From NCBI GenBank assembly GCA_963666215.2, contig CAXWPL010000004.1, positions 672,001 through 736,000 of the forward strand: a stretch of DNA of 64,000 bases, given 5' to 3'. The notes beneath the pieces were generated by a model. The model was not told the origin of the DNA, did not search any database, and saw only the letters and a program-made list of their open reading frames with translations. Below, in pieces: positions 20,797 through 29,769 of the stretch. A program made the translations under genes and the position numbers. Origin of the DNA: Acidobacteriota bacterium. GTDB taxonomy: Bacteria; Acidobacteriota; UBA890; WLXD01. Every line of letters begins with the position of its first letter. Position 1 is the stretch's first letter.

Positions 20797-21920
20797 CTGC
20801 GCGAATGCGTCCGAATCATTTGGCGCACGAAGTTCTCAACGCGCTGCTCGGTGGCAAAGAGATCGGGAAACTGTTGCCTGATCTGCTCCGCGATTGCGGC
20901 GACCGTCCGTGTTCCGTCCAGCGCTGAGATCACCGCCGAAACGGCGCGAGCACGTTCGGTGGCCTTCGGGCTGGCTTCGTCCCGTGAATTCGCAATCGCC
21001 GTGCTGAGCGGCTTCCCGAACATTGTCGAACCCTGTCGCATCTCGTCGCCACACCGCAGCCGCCAGACCCAGTCACCATAGGGCGGTCGCAGCAAGCGAA
21101 ACTCGATCGTGTCGCCCTCTTTCACCGCAACAGCAGGATCCACGGGAACGAAGGAAGCCGACCAATGCACCGCCGGATCGAACGGCCCGGTAGATAGCCA
21201 CTCATCGCCGAGCTTCATGCGCAGCCAGGCCGCAATCCCGTCGCACATGCCGGCTTCCACGACCCTGAGCTCGGCGGTGACGTCGAGCTTCCTGTACGCC
21301 ATCGTTTCGAGGTCGGTGGTAAACAACTCGGTTGTTTCCCCGAGTGGCTCCGCACCGCGCAGCCCGGCGTCGCGGAAGACGATGGCGTTGGTGGCGTACC
21401 GGCGGGCCGGACTGAGGTCGAGCCCGAGGTGCGGCTCGGCCCAGCAATCCAGATGGCGCCGGATCATCTTCGGCGAGGCGACTGGCATCACATCGATCGC
21501 GGCGGTCGACGGAATCAGCACACCACCCTCGCGTAGATGTTCGTCGCGCGCATGGAAAACTGTCGGCAACAAGTCTTCGTTGAAGAGCACGTTGCCGGTC
21601 ATCGCGGAGACGATGACGTCGACCTTCTCGGGAAGCTCGAGCTCTTCGATTCGGCCGTGCAGAAAGGTCACCTGGTCGGCCCAGCCGTTGGCCTCGGCGA
21701 TCTCTGTGGACAGGGCGCCGAGATCCTGCGGCTCTACGCAGTACACGTGTCGCGCCCCGTGCTTGGCGGCCAGAAGGCCCAGAATACCCACCCCGGCGCC
21801 GAGATCGAGAACCACCGACTCGGGAGTGACGTGCTTGGCGAGCGCGCGCTCATATGCGGCGTTGCGCACGCCGTCGAGCGCCATCGAGCGCTGTCCTTGC
21901 AAGTTCAAATCGGGCGTCAT
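20793..21920 (-). CDS. PRMT-fold SAM-dependent methyltransferase with C-terminal PqqD/wHTH-like tail
   Basis: RNAAYERAL, VVLDLGAGVGIL, VYCVE, LPEKVDVIVS, LREGGVLIP, LSTGP...VHW (THW-like loop); tail LDGTRTVAAIAEQI. Confidence 0.85.
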   Translation of the reverse strand: MTPDLNLQGQRSMALDGVRNAAYERALAKHVTPESVVLDLGAGVGILGLLAAKHGARHVYCVEPQDLGALSTEIAEANGWADQVTFLHGRIEELELPEKVDVIVSAMTGNVLFNEDLLPTVFHARDEHLREGGVLIPSTAAIDVMPVASPKMIRRHLDCWAEPHLGLDLSPARRYATNAIVFRDAGLRGAEPLGETTELFTTDLETMAYRKLDVTAELRVVEAGMCDGIAAWLRMKLGDEWLSTGPFDPAVHWSASFVPVDPAVAVKEGDTIEFRLLRPPYGDWVWRLRCGDEMRQGSTMFGKPLSTAIANSRDEASPKATERARAVSAVISALDGTRTVAAIAEQIRQQFPDLFATEQRVENFVRQMIRTHSRS

Positions 21921-22764
21921 CTATCAGGCGAGCCCCGAGCAGTTCCTTCTGAGGCTGCAAGGCGTCGCCAGCTATCTGGTGGACGGCGGCGACGCGATCA
22001 CGATTGAACGCGATCCGCAGGCCGACGATTCCAGCGTACGGGTGTTCCTTCTGGGCTCCTGCCTGGCGGCCGTACTGCACCATCGCCAGATGCTGGCGCT
22101 GCATGCGAGCGCCATTCACACGGCCGGTGGCGCCGTGCTCTTCATGGGCCCTTCGGGCAACGGCAAGAGCACGCTGCTCAACGAGTTCCTCAGGCGTGGC
22201 TACTCCATGCTCTCGGACGATATCGTGGCCATCGTTCTCAACGAGGCTGGCGAGCCCGTCGCTCTGCCCGGCTACCCGCAAACCAATCTGTGGGCCGATG
22301 CGGCCAGGCACTTCGAGCTCGACACGAAGTCGCTGCACCAGGTGCGCCCCAGCATGCAGAAGTTCGCTGTGCGGACGCACGAACAGTTCGTTACAGAAGC
22401 CGTGCCCCTGCGCGCACTGTACGGGTTGTCCTCGACCAACCGCGACGTGCTCGACGTCCGCTCAGCGGAGAACACGGCGGCTTTCGGCTTGGTGCCCAAC
22501 TCCACGTACCGACGCACGTTCCTGCGGGGGCTCGGCATGCAGGCGATCCACTTCGCGCTGGCAACGAAGGTTGCCTCCACCGTACCCGTAAAACGAATGC
22601 GTCGCCCCAATGCCGGTTTCACGGTCGCCCGCGTAGCCGACATCATCGAGCTCGACCTCGCCGGCGAGTACACGGAGCCGGAGGAAGGCGAGGAAACGTC
22701 GGTTGCCGATTTCGTTGCCGCGCGGGCAGCCGCTGCCAGCGCCGGCAAGGCGAAGAAGGGTTAG
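21901..22764 (+). CDS. HPr-kinase-related kinase (lasso peptide kinase type); 5' end missing or uncertain
   Basis: LHASAI, GPSGNGKSTL (P-loop), LSDDIV, PGYPQTNLW. Kinase-like sequence begins near 21904 with no start codon; first downstream in-frame GTG is at 21979. Confidence 0.82.
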   Translation, partial: KFKSGVIYQASPEQFLLRLQGVASYLVDGGDAITIERDPQADDSSVRVFLLGSCLAAVLHHRQMLALHASAIHTAGGAVLFMGPSGNGKSTLLNEFLRRGYSMLSDDIVAIVLNEAGEPVALPGYPQTNLWADAARHFELDTKSLHQVRPSMQKFAVRTHEQFVTEAVPLRALYGLSSTNRDVLDVRSAENTAAFGLVPNSTYRRTFLRGLGMQAIHFALATKVASTVPVKRMRRPNAGFTVARVADIIELDLAGEYTEPEEGEETSVADFVAARAAAASAGKAKKG

Positions 22765-22766
22765 CC

Positions 22767-23660
22767 GTGGCAGGCATCGTCTGGCTGGCGTCGTATCCGA
22801 AGTCGGGCAACACCTGGATGCGGGCGCTTCTGGCCAACTATCTCCGCGACGCAGCCGAACCCGTGAAGATCAACGCGCTTGGCGGGAGTCCTATCGCGTC
22901 GGCGCGACAGGCGTTCGACGACAACGTCGGCGTCGAGGCTTCCGACCTGCTGCCCGACGAAATCGACCGCTACCGCCCGTTCGTTTACGAGCAAATGGCG
23001 GCCGAGAATGCAGCCCGAGACCAGCCGATCTTTCTGAAAGTGCACGATGCGTTCACCTACAACGCCGACGGTCACCCGCTGTTGTCGAAGAAGGCAACCC
23101 AAGGGGTCCTGTACCTCACGCGCAACCCGCTCGATGTAGCGGTGTCGTTCGCACATCACTCCGCGTTTGACGTGGAGACCTCCGTGAAGCGAATGGGCGA
23201 TCCCGACTTCGGCTTCGTCTCGAGCAAGAAGAGGCTCTTCAACCAGCTCGAGCAGAAGCTGCTCACCTGGAGCGGCCACGTGGGGAGCTGGCTCGACGAA
23301 CCCGGCATTGACGTCCACGTGGTGCGCTACGAGGACATGAAAGCCGACACCGTCGGCACGTTCGGCGGCGCTGTGCGCTTCTCCGGGTTGGAGTTCGACG
23401 AGGCTCGGGTCGCCAAGGCCGTCGACCACGCCAGCATCGCCCGCCTGCAGGAGCAAGAGCGGGAAGGCGGCTTCGGCGAGAAGCCCTTCGGCATGCCCGC
23501 GTTCTTCCGCCGCGGGAAGGTGGGCGATTGGCGCGACGAGCTCTCCGAGGAGCTCGTGGCAAGAGTAGTCGCCGACCACAGCACTGTGATGAGACGTCTT
23601 GGCTACCTGAACGAGGCCGGCGAGGTTACCATCGGGCCAGCGGCCCAACAGATTAACTGA
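22767..23660 (+). CDS. PAPS-dependent sulfotransferase
   Basis: WLASYPKSGNTWMR (5'-PSB), RNPLDVAVS (3'-PB), RYEDM, FFRRGKVGDW. Confidence 0.93.
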   Translation: MAGIVWLASYPKSGNTWMRALLANYLRDAAEPVKINALGGSPIASARQAFDDNVGVEASDLLPDEIDRYRPFVYEQMAAENAARDQPIFLKVHDAFTYNADGHPLLSKKATQGVLYLTRNPLDVAVSFAHHSAFDVETSVKRMGDPDFGFVSSKKRLFNQLEQKLLTWSGHVGSWLDEPGIDVHVVRYEDMKADTVGTFGGAVRFSGLEFDEARVAKAVDHASIARLQEQEREGGFGEKPFGMPAFFRRGKVGDWRDELSEELVARVVADHSTVMRRLGYLNEAGEVTIGPAAQQIN

Positions 23661-23677
23661 CCGATCGCGACAGGCGA

Positions 23678-23983
23678 ATGAGACAAAAGATCGAGCTAGA
23701 GCTCACAAGCGTCCTGCAGCGCAACAACGAGCTCATGACCGCCGAGATGGGCGACGAGCTGGTGATGCTGCATCTGGATCAGGGCAGCTACTTTGGCCTC
23801 GACGATATTGGCAAGGAAATCTGGCTGCAGCTCAAAGAGCCTGGCTCGTTTGCCGACCTTTGCGCTCAACTACAGGCCGAATTCGATATCGACCCAGCAA
23901 CGTGCGAGGCTGACGTTCGTAAGTTCCTGACTCGCCTTGCCCGTAACAACTTGGTGACGATCGATGGGGAAGCTGTGGCATAG
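23678..23983 (+). CDS. PqqD-family RiPP recognition element (lasso B1)
   Basis: AEMGDELVMLHLDQGSYFGLDDIGKEIW...EFDIDPATCEADVRKFL. Confidence 0.92.
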   Translation: MRQKIELELTSVLQRNNELMTAEMGDELVMLHLDQGSYFGLDDIGKEIWLQLKEPGSFADLCAQLQAEFDIDPATCEADVRKFLTRLARNNLVTIDGEAVA

Positions 23984-24440
23984 GCTGCTGCGCTTCTCGC
24001 GCCGCCCCCTAAGAAACAAGTTGTTGCTACTCGAGGCGGTGACCCTGCTCGCTGTGTCGCGCCTGCTGGTACTGACGGTCCCGTTCAAGTGGATCGGCGG
24101 CCGCCTGGGCGTTGTCTACGCCGAGAGCATCGAGGAGGTCGGGCCCGAAGCCACGCGACAAGCACACGAGATTGCCTGGGCAGTGAATGCGGCGGCAAAC
24201 CACACCTACTGGACGAGCAACTGCCTGCCCCGCGCCATGACCGCGCACCACATGCTTTCGCGCCGCGGTCTGCCCACCACCGTCTACCCCGGCGCGGCCA
24301 AAGACGACACCAAGGGCATGATCGCGCACGCCTGGCTACGCTGCGGCAAACACATCCTCACGGGCGGCCCCGGTCATCGCCGCTACACCGTGGTCGCGAC
24401 CTTCGCGACGTTCGCTGACGTCACCTCGTCGACCGACTAG
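23964..24440 (+). CDS. lasso peptide leader peptidase B2 (transglutaminase-like)
   Basis: SNCLPRA (catalytic Cys) and AHAWL (His); overlaps the RRE gene. Confidence 0.9.
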   Translation: MGKLWHRLLRFSRRPLRNKLLLLEAVTLLAVSRLLVLTVPFKWIGGRLGVVYAESIEEVGPEATRQAHEIAWAVNAAANHTYWTSNCLPRAMTAHHMLSRRGLPTTVYPGAAKDDTKGMIAHAWLRCGKHILTGGPGHRRYTVVATFATFADVTSSTD

Positions 24441-24479
24441 TCGCCCAGCCGCTTCCGACGACCTTCCAATGAGTGTCTG

Positions 24480-26378
24480 ATGAGCGCCATCTGCGGCTTG
24501 CTGCGGCTCGACGGGGAGCCTACCGACCCCGCACGACTGAAGGCCGCAATGCGGGTAATGGCGCGCTACGGGCCCGACGGTTCGGGCACCTGGAGTGAAG
24601 GTGCCGTGGCGCTCGGTCACCAGATGCACCGGCTTGTCCCGGAGTCGGCAACAGAGGTGCAACCGCACACGCTGCCCGAGCCGGGTTTGACGATTACAGC
24701 CGCTGCGCGAATCGACAATCGCGAAGAGCTCGCGGAGGCTTTCGGAATCGATGCGGCCATGGCTGCCGAGTGGCCCGACGCGCGCTACATCCTGTCCGCC
24801 TACGAGCGCTGGGGAATTGACTGCGTTCCGCGGCTACTCGGCGACTTCGCCTTCGCTCTATGGGATGGCCGCCAGCGTCGATTGTTGCTGGCTCGCGACT
24901 TCGCGGGCATCAGACCGCTGTACTACGCCGCCGACGACAAGCGCGTGAGCTTCGCATCGGACGTCCACGGAGCGCTGGAGGTCGCGGCGCTTCCGCCCCA
25001 TCTCGATTTGCGCGCCCTGCGCGAGCAACTCGGCTACGGCTCGCTGCACGACAACGTGCGGACGTTCTTCGAAGGCCTGCACAAGTTGCCTCCGGGGCAC
25101 TGGCTGGTGGCGGACGCGTCGGGCGTCAAGACACGCCGCTATTGGCGGCCGAGCGACGTGCCCCGAGTGCGAGTTACTAGCGATCGCGACGCCGTAGAGC
25201 ACATTCTCGATCTGGTGAACAAGGCAGTGCGCTCCTGCACCCGCTGTTCTCGACCTGTTGGCGCGCACGCCAGCGGCGGGCTCGACTCGTCGACGCTGGC
25301 GGTGCTCAGCGCGCGCATCTTGGGTGAGTCCGGACGTTCGCTCACCGCGATCAACTGGGCGCCACCCTTCGGCGAAGATGATCTGCCGCTCACCGACGAG
25401 CGCGCGCTGGTCGAGGCCATCGCCGCCGCCGAGGGAAACATCGACCCCTGCTACACACCGCTCACGGCCGACGATCTGGCCAACGACCGGTGCTCCGACA
25501 TCACGCTGCACCCGCACTCCACCTTGCGCTGGGAAAGTCGCGCCTGCCCCGAGGCCGCAGCGCGCGGCGTGCGCGTGGTGCTTTCGGGCTGGGGTGGCGA
25601 CGAGACCATCGCGTTCAACGGCCGGGGGTTCTTCTCTGACCTCGCCCGTCGGGGCCGCTGGATCCGACTCGCACGCGAGCTGCGTGAACGCTCGCGCCTT
25701 CACCCGGTGGAGTACTGGGGTCTTCGCGGCAAGGTTCTCATTCCGCTGATGCCCGACTGGGCGGTCGCGCGCTGGACGCCGCGCCGCGGTGCTCGCCTCA
25801 AGCCTCTACCGAGCTGTCTTTCGCCCGAGCTCACCGAGCTGATACGCGACATTGAACCGCCCACCAAGACCGGTCGAGAGAGGCCCGGTCGACGACGGAT
25901 GCAAGAGACGCTGCTCAACAACGGCCATCTCAACGGGCGCTGCGAGTCGTGGAATGACTACGGTGCCAACCACGGCATCGAGTACCGCTTCCCGGTGCTC
26001 GATCGCCGCGTGGTCGAGTTCGCCCTTGGCGCGCCGGACTGGTTGTTCTTCAAGAACGGATGGAAGCGCTACGCCTTCCGCAAAGCCATGGAGGGACTCG
26101 TGCCGGCCGACGCACAGTGGCGCAAACGCAAGAACGACCCGGCCATGATCAAGCACACGGGCCCGCTGATGGAGCCCGCGGAGGTGATCCATCGTCAGCG
26201 TCTCGAGGCCCGAGAAAGCGCCATCCGTGCCGCCGGCCTGCTCAACTACGACGCCCTCGTCAAGGACTTGGACGCCGACGAGGTCGAGGCGGAAGATCGC
26301 CAAGCCGGGGCGCCGCCACGACGCGCCGGGACGCAACAAGCCGCCTGGCTCGCATTCGCCACCGGGACGCTGCCGTAG
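24480..26378 (+). CDS. asparagine-synthetase-like protein / lasso cyclase C
   Basis: MSAICG start (no Cys1), ARIDNREEL, GDFAFALWD, SGGLDSS, LSGWGGDE, YRFPVLDRRVVEF. Confidence 0.9.
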   Translation: MSAICGLLRLDGEPTDPARLKAAMRVMARYGPDGSGTWSEGAVALGHQMHRLVPESATEVQPHTLPEPGLTITAAARIDNREELAEAFGIDAAMAAEWPDARYILSAYERWGIDCVPRLLGDFAFALWDGRQRRLLLARDFAGIRPLYYAADDKRVSFASDVHGALEVAALPPHLDLRALREQLGYGSLHDNVRTFFEGLHKLPPGHWLVADASGVKTRRYWRPSDVPRVRVTSDRDAVEHILDLVNKAVRSCTRCSRPVGAHASGGLDSSTLAVLSARILGESGRSLTAINWAPPFGEDDLPLTDERALVEAIAAAEGNIDPCYTPLTADDLANDRCSDITLHPHSTLRWESRACPEAAARGVRVVLSGWGGDETIAFNGRGFFSDLARRGRWIRLARELRERSRLHPVEYWGLRGKVLIPLMPDWAVARWTPRRGARLKPLPSCLSPELTELIRDIEPPTKTGRERPGRRRMQETLLNNGHLNGRCESWNDYGANHGIEYRFPVLDRRVVEFALGAPDWLFFKNGWKRYAFRKAMEGLVPADAQWRKRKNDPAMIKHTGPLMEPAEVIHRQRLEARESAIRAAGLLNYDALVKDLDADEVEAEDRQAGAPPRRAGTQQAAWLAFATGTLP

Positions 26379-26486
26379 TGTCGCCAGGGCCGGCCTGGTG
26401 GGGCTAGTGACTCGGGCATCGGAAGTTGCCAGCCCGGCGAGCGGCAAGCTCGACTCTCTATCTCACGCCTCAGACGTTGCGGAACC

Positions 26487-27914
26487 ATGACAGACACTCC
26501 GATCGTCACCATCGTTGGTGGCGGCATGGCCGGCTCCGAGGCCACCTGGCAGCTCGCCAAGCGCGGCATCCGTGTGCGGCTCTACGAGATGCGACCCGTG
26601 GTCGGCACGCCGGTGCATCAGAGCAGCGATCTGGCCGAGATGGTGTGCAGCAACTCGCTGCGATCCGACGGAATCGACAACGCCATCGGGCTGCTCCACG
26701 AGGAGATGCGGCGCCTCGATTCGCTCTTTCTGACAACAGCCGACGCCAACCGAGTGCCGGCCGGAAAGGCGCTGGCCGTTGATCGGGCGCGGTTCGCCCG
26801 TGCAATCACCTCCGCGATCGAAGCGCTGCCGAACGTTGAGGTGGTCCGCGAAGAGGTCGCCGCGATCCCCGAGGGGCCGTGCATCTTGGCTACCGGTCCG
26901 CTGACGTCGGAATCGCTGGGAGAATCGATCCGCGAGTTCACCGGCTCCGACGATCTCTATTTCTACGACGCGATCTCGCCCATTGTGCGCGCCGAAAGCA
27001 TTGACGAGTCGCGAGTCTTCAGGGCCAGCCGCTACGGCAAGGGGGGCGACGACTACCTCAACTGCCCGATGTCGCGCGAGGAGTACGACCGTTTCTACGA
27101 GGCGATGATGGCGGCCGAGCTGCTCGAGCTGCCCGACTTCGAGCGCGGCCTGTTTTTCGAGGGCTGCCTGCCGATCGAGGAGATCGGCAGTCGTGGGCCC
27201 CAGACGCTGACCTTTGGACCCATGAAACCCGTGGGTCTCATCGACCCGCGCACCGGCAAGCGCCCCTACGCGGTCGTGCAGTTGCGCCAGGACGACATCG
27301 CCGCCGAGCACTACTCGCTGGTCGGCTTCCAGACGCGCATGAAGTGGGGTGATCAGGAACGCGTGCTGCGCCTGATCCCCGGCCTCGAGCAGGCCGAGTT
27401 CGTGCGCCTGGGCGTCGTACACCGAAATACCTACATCAACGCTCCGCGTGTGCTGTCGGAAACGCTGCAGTCGCGAGCGCGTAGCGACCTCTTTTTTGCC
27501 GGGCAGATCGCCGGCACCGAAGGTTACGTGGAGTCGGCCGCCGGAGGCCTGCTGGCGGGGATTTACTGCGGCATGATGCTGCTGGATCGAGAGATTACGC
27601 CTGTGCCGCGCCTGACCGCTCTGGGCTCTCTCGCCTTCTATATCAGCCACGCACGCGCTATCGATTATCAGCCAGCCAACATAACCTTTGGAATCATGCC
27701 GGAATTGGAGCCCTCGATCGTGCAAGCTTCAAGGGAGATGCGCGGTCGACGGGGTCGCAAGGCTCGACGTGAAGCCATCTCGCTGCGCGCCCTCGACGCG
27801 CTCAGCGAGTGGATCGATGAGGCCGGTCCGCGACTCGGATTGCAACAGCCTGAGGCAAGAGAGCCCGCGCCAAGCATGTCGAGCGGCGCGGACACGGTGC
27901 GAGGTAGCCAATGA
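26487..27914 (+). CDS. trmFO: methylenetetrahydrofolate--tRNA-(uracil-5-)-methyltransferase
   Basis: GGGMAGSEA, EMVCSNS, YFYDAISP, FEGCLPIE, FGPMKPVG, GTEGYVES. Confidence 0.97.
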   Translation: MTDTPIVTIVGGGMAGSEATWQLAKRGIRVRLYEMRPVVGTPVHQSSDLAEMVCSNSLRSDGIDNAIGLLHEEMRRLDSLFLTTADANRVPAGKALAVDRARFARAITSAIEALPNVEVVREEVAAIPEGPCILATGPLTSESLGESIREFTGSDDLYFYDAISPIVRAESIDESRVFRASRYGKGGDDYLNCPMSREEYDRFYEAMMAAELLELPDFERGLFFEGCLPIEEIGSRGPQTLTFGPMKPVGLIDPRTGKRPYAVVQLRQDDIAAEHYSLVGFQTRMKWGDQERVLRLIPGLEQAEFVRLGVVHRNTYINAPRVLSETLQSRARSDLFFAGQIAGTEGYVESAAGGLLAGIYCGMMLLDREITPVPRLTALGSLAFYISHARAIDYQPANITFGIMPELEPSIVQASREMRGRRGRKARREAISLRALDALSEWIDEAGPRLGLQQPEAREPAPSMSSGADTVRGSQ

Positions 27915-28552
27915 GGAAGCACGTCCGACCGTCCGTTCTGCTGTTCGCCGCCGTGGCTCTTCTGGTGTCACTCGGCTACGTCGTCTTCCCACACGCCGAC
28001 GTCCACACCGAAGGCGGCGCGGAGAGCTTCGCGCCCGCGCCTGAGTTCTTCCTCACGCGACTCGACGGCAGCACGCTGAGCTCGGCCGACCTCAAGGGCA
28101 AGGTGGTTGTTCTCGATTTTTGGGCCACCTGGTGCGCCCCGTGCTGGACCGAGATTCCAAAATACAGCGAGCTCTACGACGAGTACGGCGAGCGCGGCTT
28201 CGAGGTGCTCGGTGTGACGCTGCAGTCGGGCAGCGCCGACCACGTCAGGGAGTGGCTCGACGAGACCCACGTGCTGGGCAGCATGGAGCTCGATCCGACG
28301 TATCCCATCCTTATGGGCAACGCCGAGATCGAGGCCGAATACGGCCCCATCTACGGCTTCCCCTACACCTTTCTGATCGACCCCGACTGGCGCCTCCGGA
28401 TGACCTGGCGCGGCGCGGTCCCCTCGAAGGCCGAGGACATCCGCGAGATGCTGGAGGAGCTGCTTCCGCCGCCGGCCGCAACGAGCGGCATCATCGGAGA
28501 GGCGATCGCGCCGCCGACGGCCGACGATTCGAACGCTCCGTCTACCCCCTGA
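27911..28552 (+). CDS. TlpA/ResA-family thiol-disulfide oxidoreductase
   Basis: N-terminal membrane anchor; DLKGKVVVLDFWATWCAPC; FPYTFLID. Confidence 0.9.
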   Translation: MRKHVRPSVLLFAAVALLVSLGYVVFPHADVHTEGGAESFAPAPEFFLTRLDGSTLSSADLKGKVVVLDFWATWCAPCWTEIPKYSELYDEYGERGFEVLGVTLQSGSADHVREWLDETHVLGSMELDPTYPILMGNAEIEAEYGPIYGFPYTFLIDPDWRLRMTWRGAVPSKAEDIREMLEELLPPPAATSGIIGEAIAPPTADDSNAPSTP

Positions 28553-29697
28553 TCCTACTGAGCGACCTGAGCGACCTCACGGGTTCTGCGCGCCTCGAGC
28601 ACAAGGGCGAGTTTCTCGACGCGATGCGCCTCGAGGCCGCGGCGTCCGGCCATACGCTGCGGGCCTATGGCAACGACCTCGATCAGTTCGCCGGCTTTCT
28701 GCACGCCTGGCTCACGGGCGTCGACTGCAGCTATCGCGGGTTGCGAGGCAGATCCCCGGGCGCAGGGCGGGACGACGAGCCGGCTACGAACGAAGCCGGG
28801 GCGCTGACGCTCATCGGGCCCGACCAGATCAGCACGGACGCGGTACGAGCCTGGGCCGGGCGCATGCACGAGGCAGATCTCGCGGCTGTGACGATTGCCC
28901 GCAAGCTAGCGGCGGTGCGCTCGTTCGGCGCCTTCCTGTGCCGCTCTGAGCTGCTCGCGGCGAACCCGGCGCGTTCTGTACGCAACCCGAAAACACCCCA
29001 GGACCTGCCAACGTTCCTGACTGAGCGCGAAGCCGAGAACCTGCTGGCCTTCGCGGCTGACACGCCGCTTGGCGTGCGCGACCGTGCCGCGCTCGAGCTG
29101 CTCTACGCCACCGGGCTACGCGCCAGCGAGCTCTGCGGATTGAAGCTCGCGGACGTCGACCTCGACGGCCGCCTGGTACGAGCGCTCGGCAAGGGCAACG
29201 CTGAACGCATTGTCCCGTTCGGTCGACACGCCGAAGACGCCGTCCGCGCCTACCTGCCGGTGCGCGATGATTGGCTCGCCGTCACGGAAATGAACCGGTC
29301 GCCCGGAGCCGACGACCCGGTGAGGGATGCAGTGGCGGGCAGCGCAACGCCGAGTGATGTGCACGACGCCACGGCCGATGCCCGGTTCGCGCTCTTCTTG
29401 AGCCCACGCGGCGATCGTCTGTCGACCGATGGCCTTCGGCGGCTACTGCAACGGCGTCTACAAGAGAGCTCGGTAGCCAAGCACGTCACGCCGCACGCCC
29501 TGCGTCACTCCTTCGCCACCCATCTGCTCAACGCTGGCGCCGACCTGCGCGCCATTCAGGAGCTCCTCGGCCACGCCTCGCTGGCCACCACCCAGCGCTA
29601 CACACACGTTTCCACGGCACGGCTCAAAGAGGTCCATCGCGCTGCGCATCCGCGCTCTCGCCGCGCCTCGAGCGGGCCAGCCGAAAACGGCTCCTAG
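28549..29697 (+). CDS. xerC: tyrosine recombinase XerC (start uncertain; ATG at 28624)
   Basis: HTLRAY, RDRAALELLYATGLR, GKGNAER, TPHALRHSFATHLL, LLGHASLATTQRYTH; trmFO-xerC-hslVU synteny. Confidence 0.9.
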   Translation: MILLSDLSDLTGSARLEHKGEFLDAMRLEAAASGHTLRAYGNDLDQFAGFLHAWLTGVDCSYRGLRGRSPGAGRDDEPATNEAGALTLIGPDQISTDAVRAWAGRMHEADLAAVTIARKLAAVRSFGAFLCRSELLAANPARSVRNPKTPQDLPTFLTEREAENLLAFAADTPLGVRDRAALELLYATGLRASELCGLKLADVDLDGRLVRALGKGNAERIVPFGRHAEDAVRAYLPVRDDWLAVTEMNRSPGADDPVRDAVAGSATPSDVHDATADARFALFLSPRGDRLSTDGLRRLLQRRLQESSVAKHVTPHALRHSFATHLLNAGADLRAIQELLGHASLATTQRYTHVSTARLKEVHRAAHPRSRRASSGPAENGS

Positions 29698-29769
29698 ATC
29701 CTCGCCGCGATCGATCGTTCTGCTTCGCCGGCGCAGAGCCCAGCCATGACACGCTGTTACAATCGCCGC

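Noticed and set aside
21109-21900. N-terminal ~260 aa of the 551-aa kinase ORF as a real domain
   Set aside because: It is the antisense reading of the PRMT-like gene; kinase-like sequence begins only near 21904.
28549-29697. Tyrosine recombinase as the integrase for the attC array or the RiPP block
   Set aside because: It has XerC motifs in trmFO-xerC-hslVU context, lies 27 kb from the attC sites, and shows no recognisable IntI-specific insertion.
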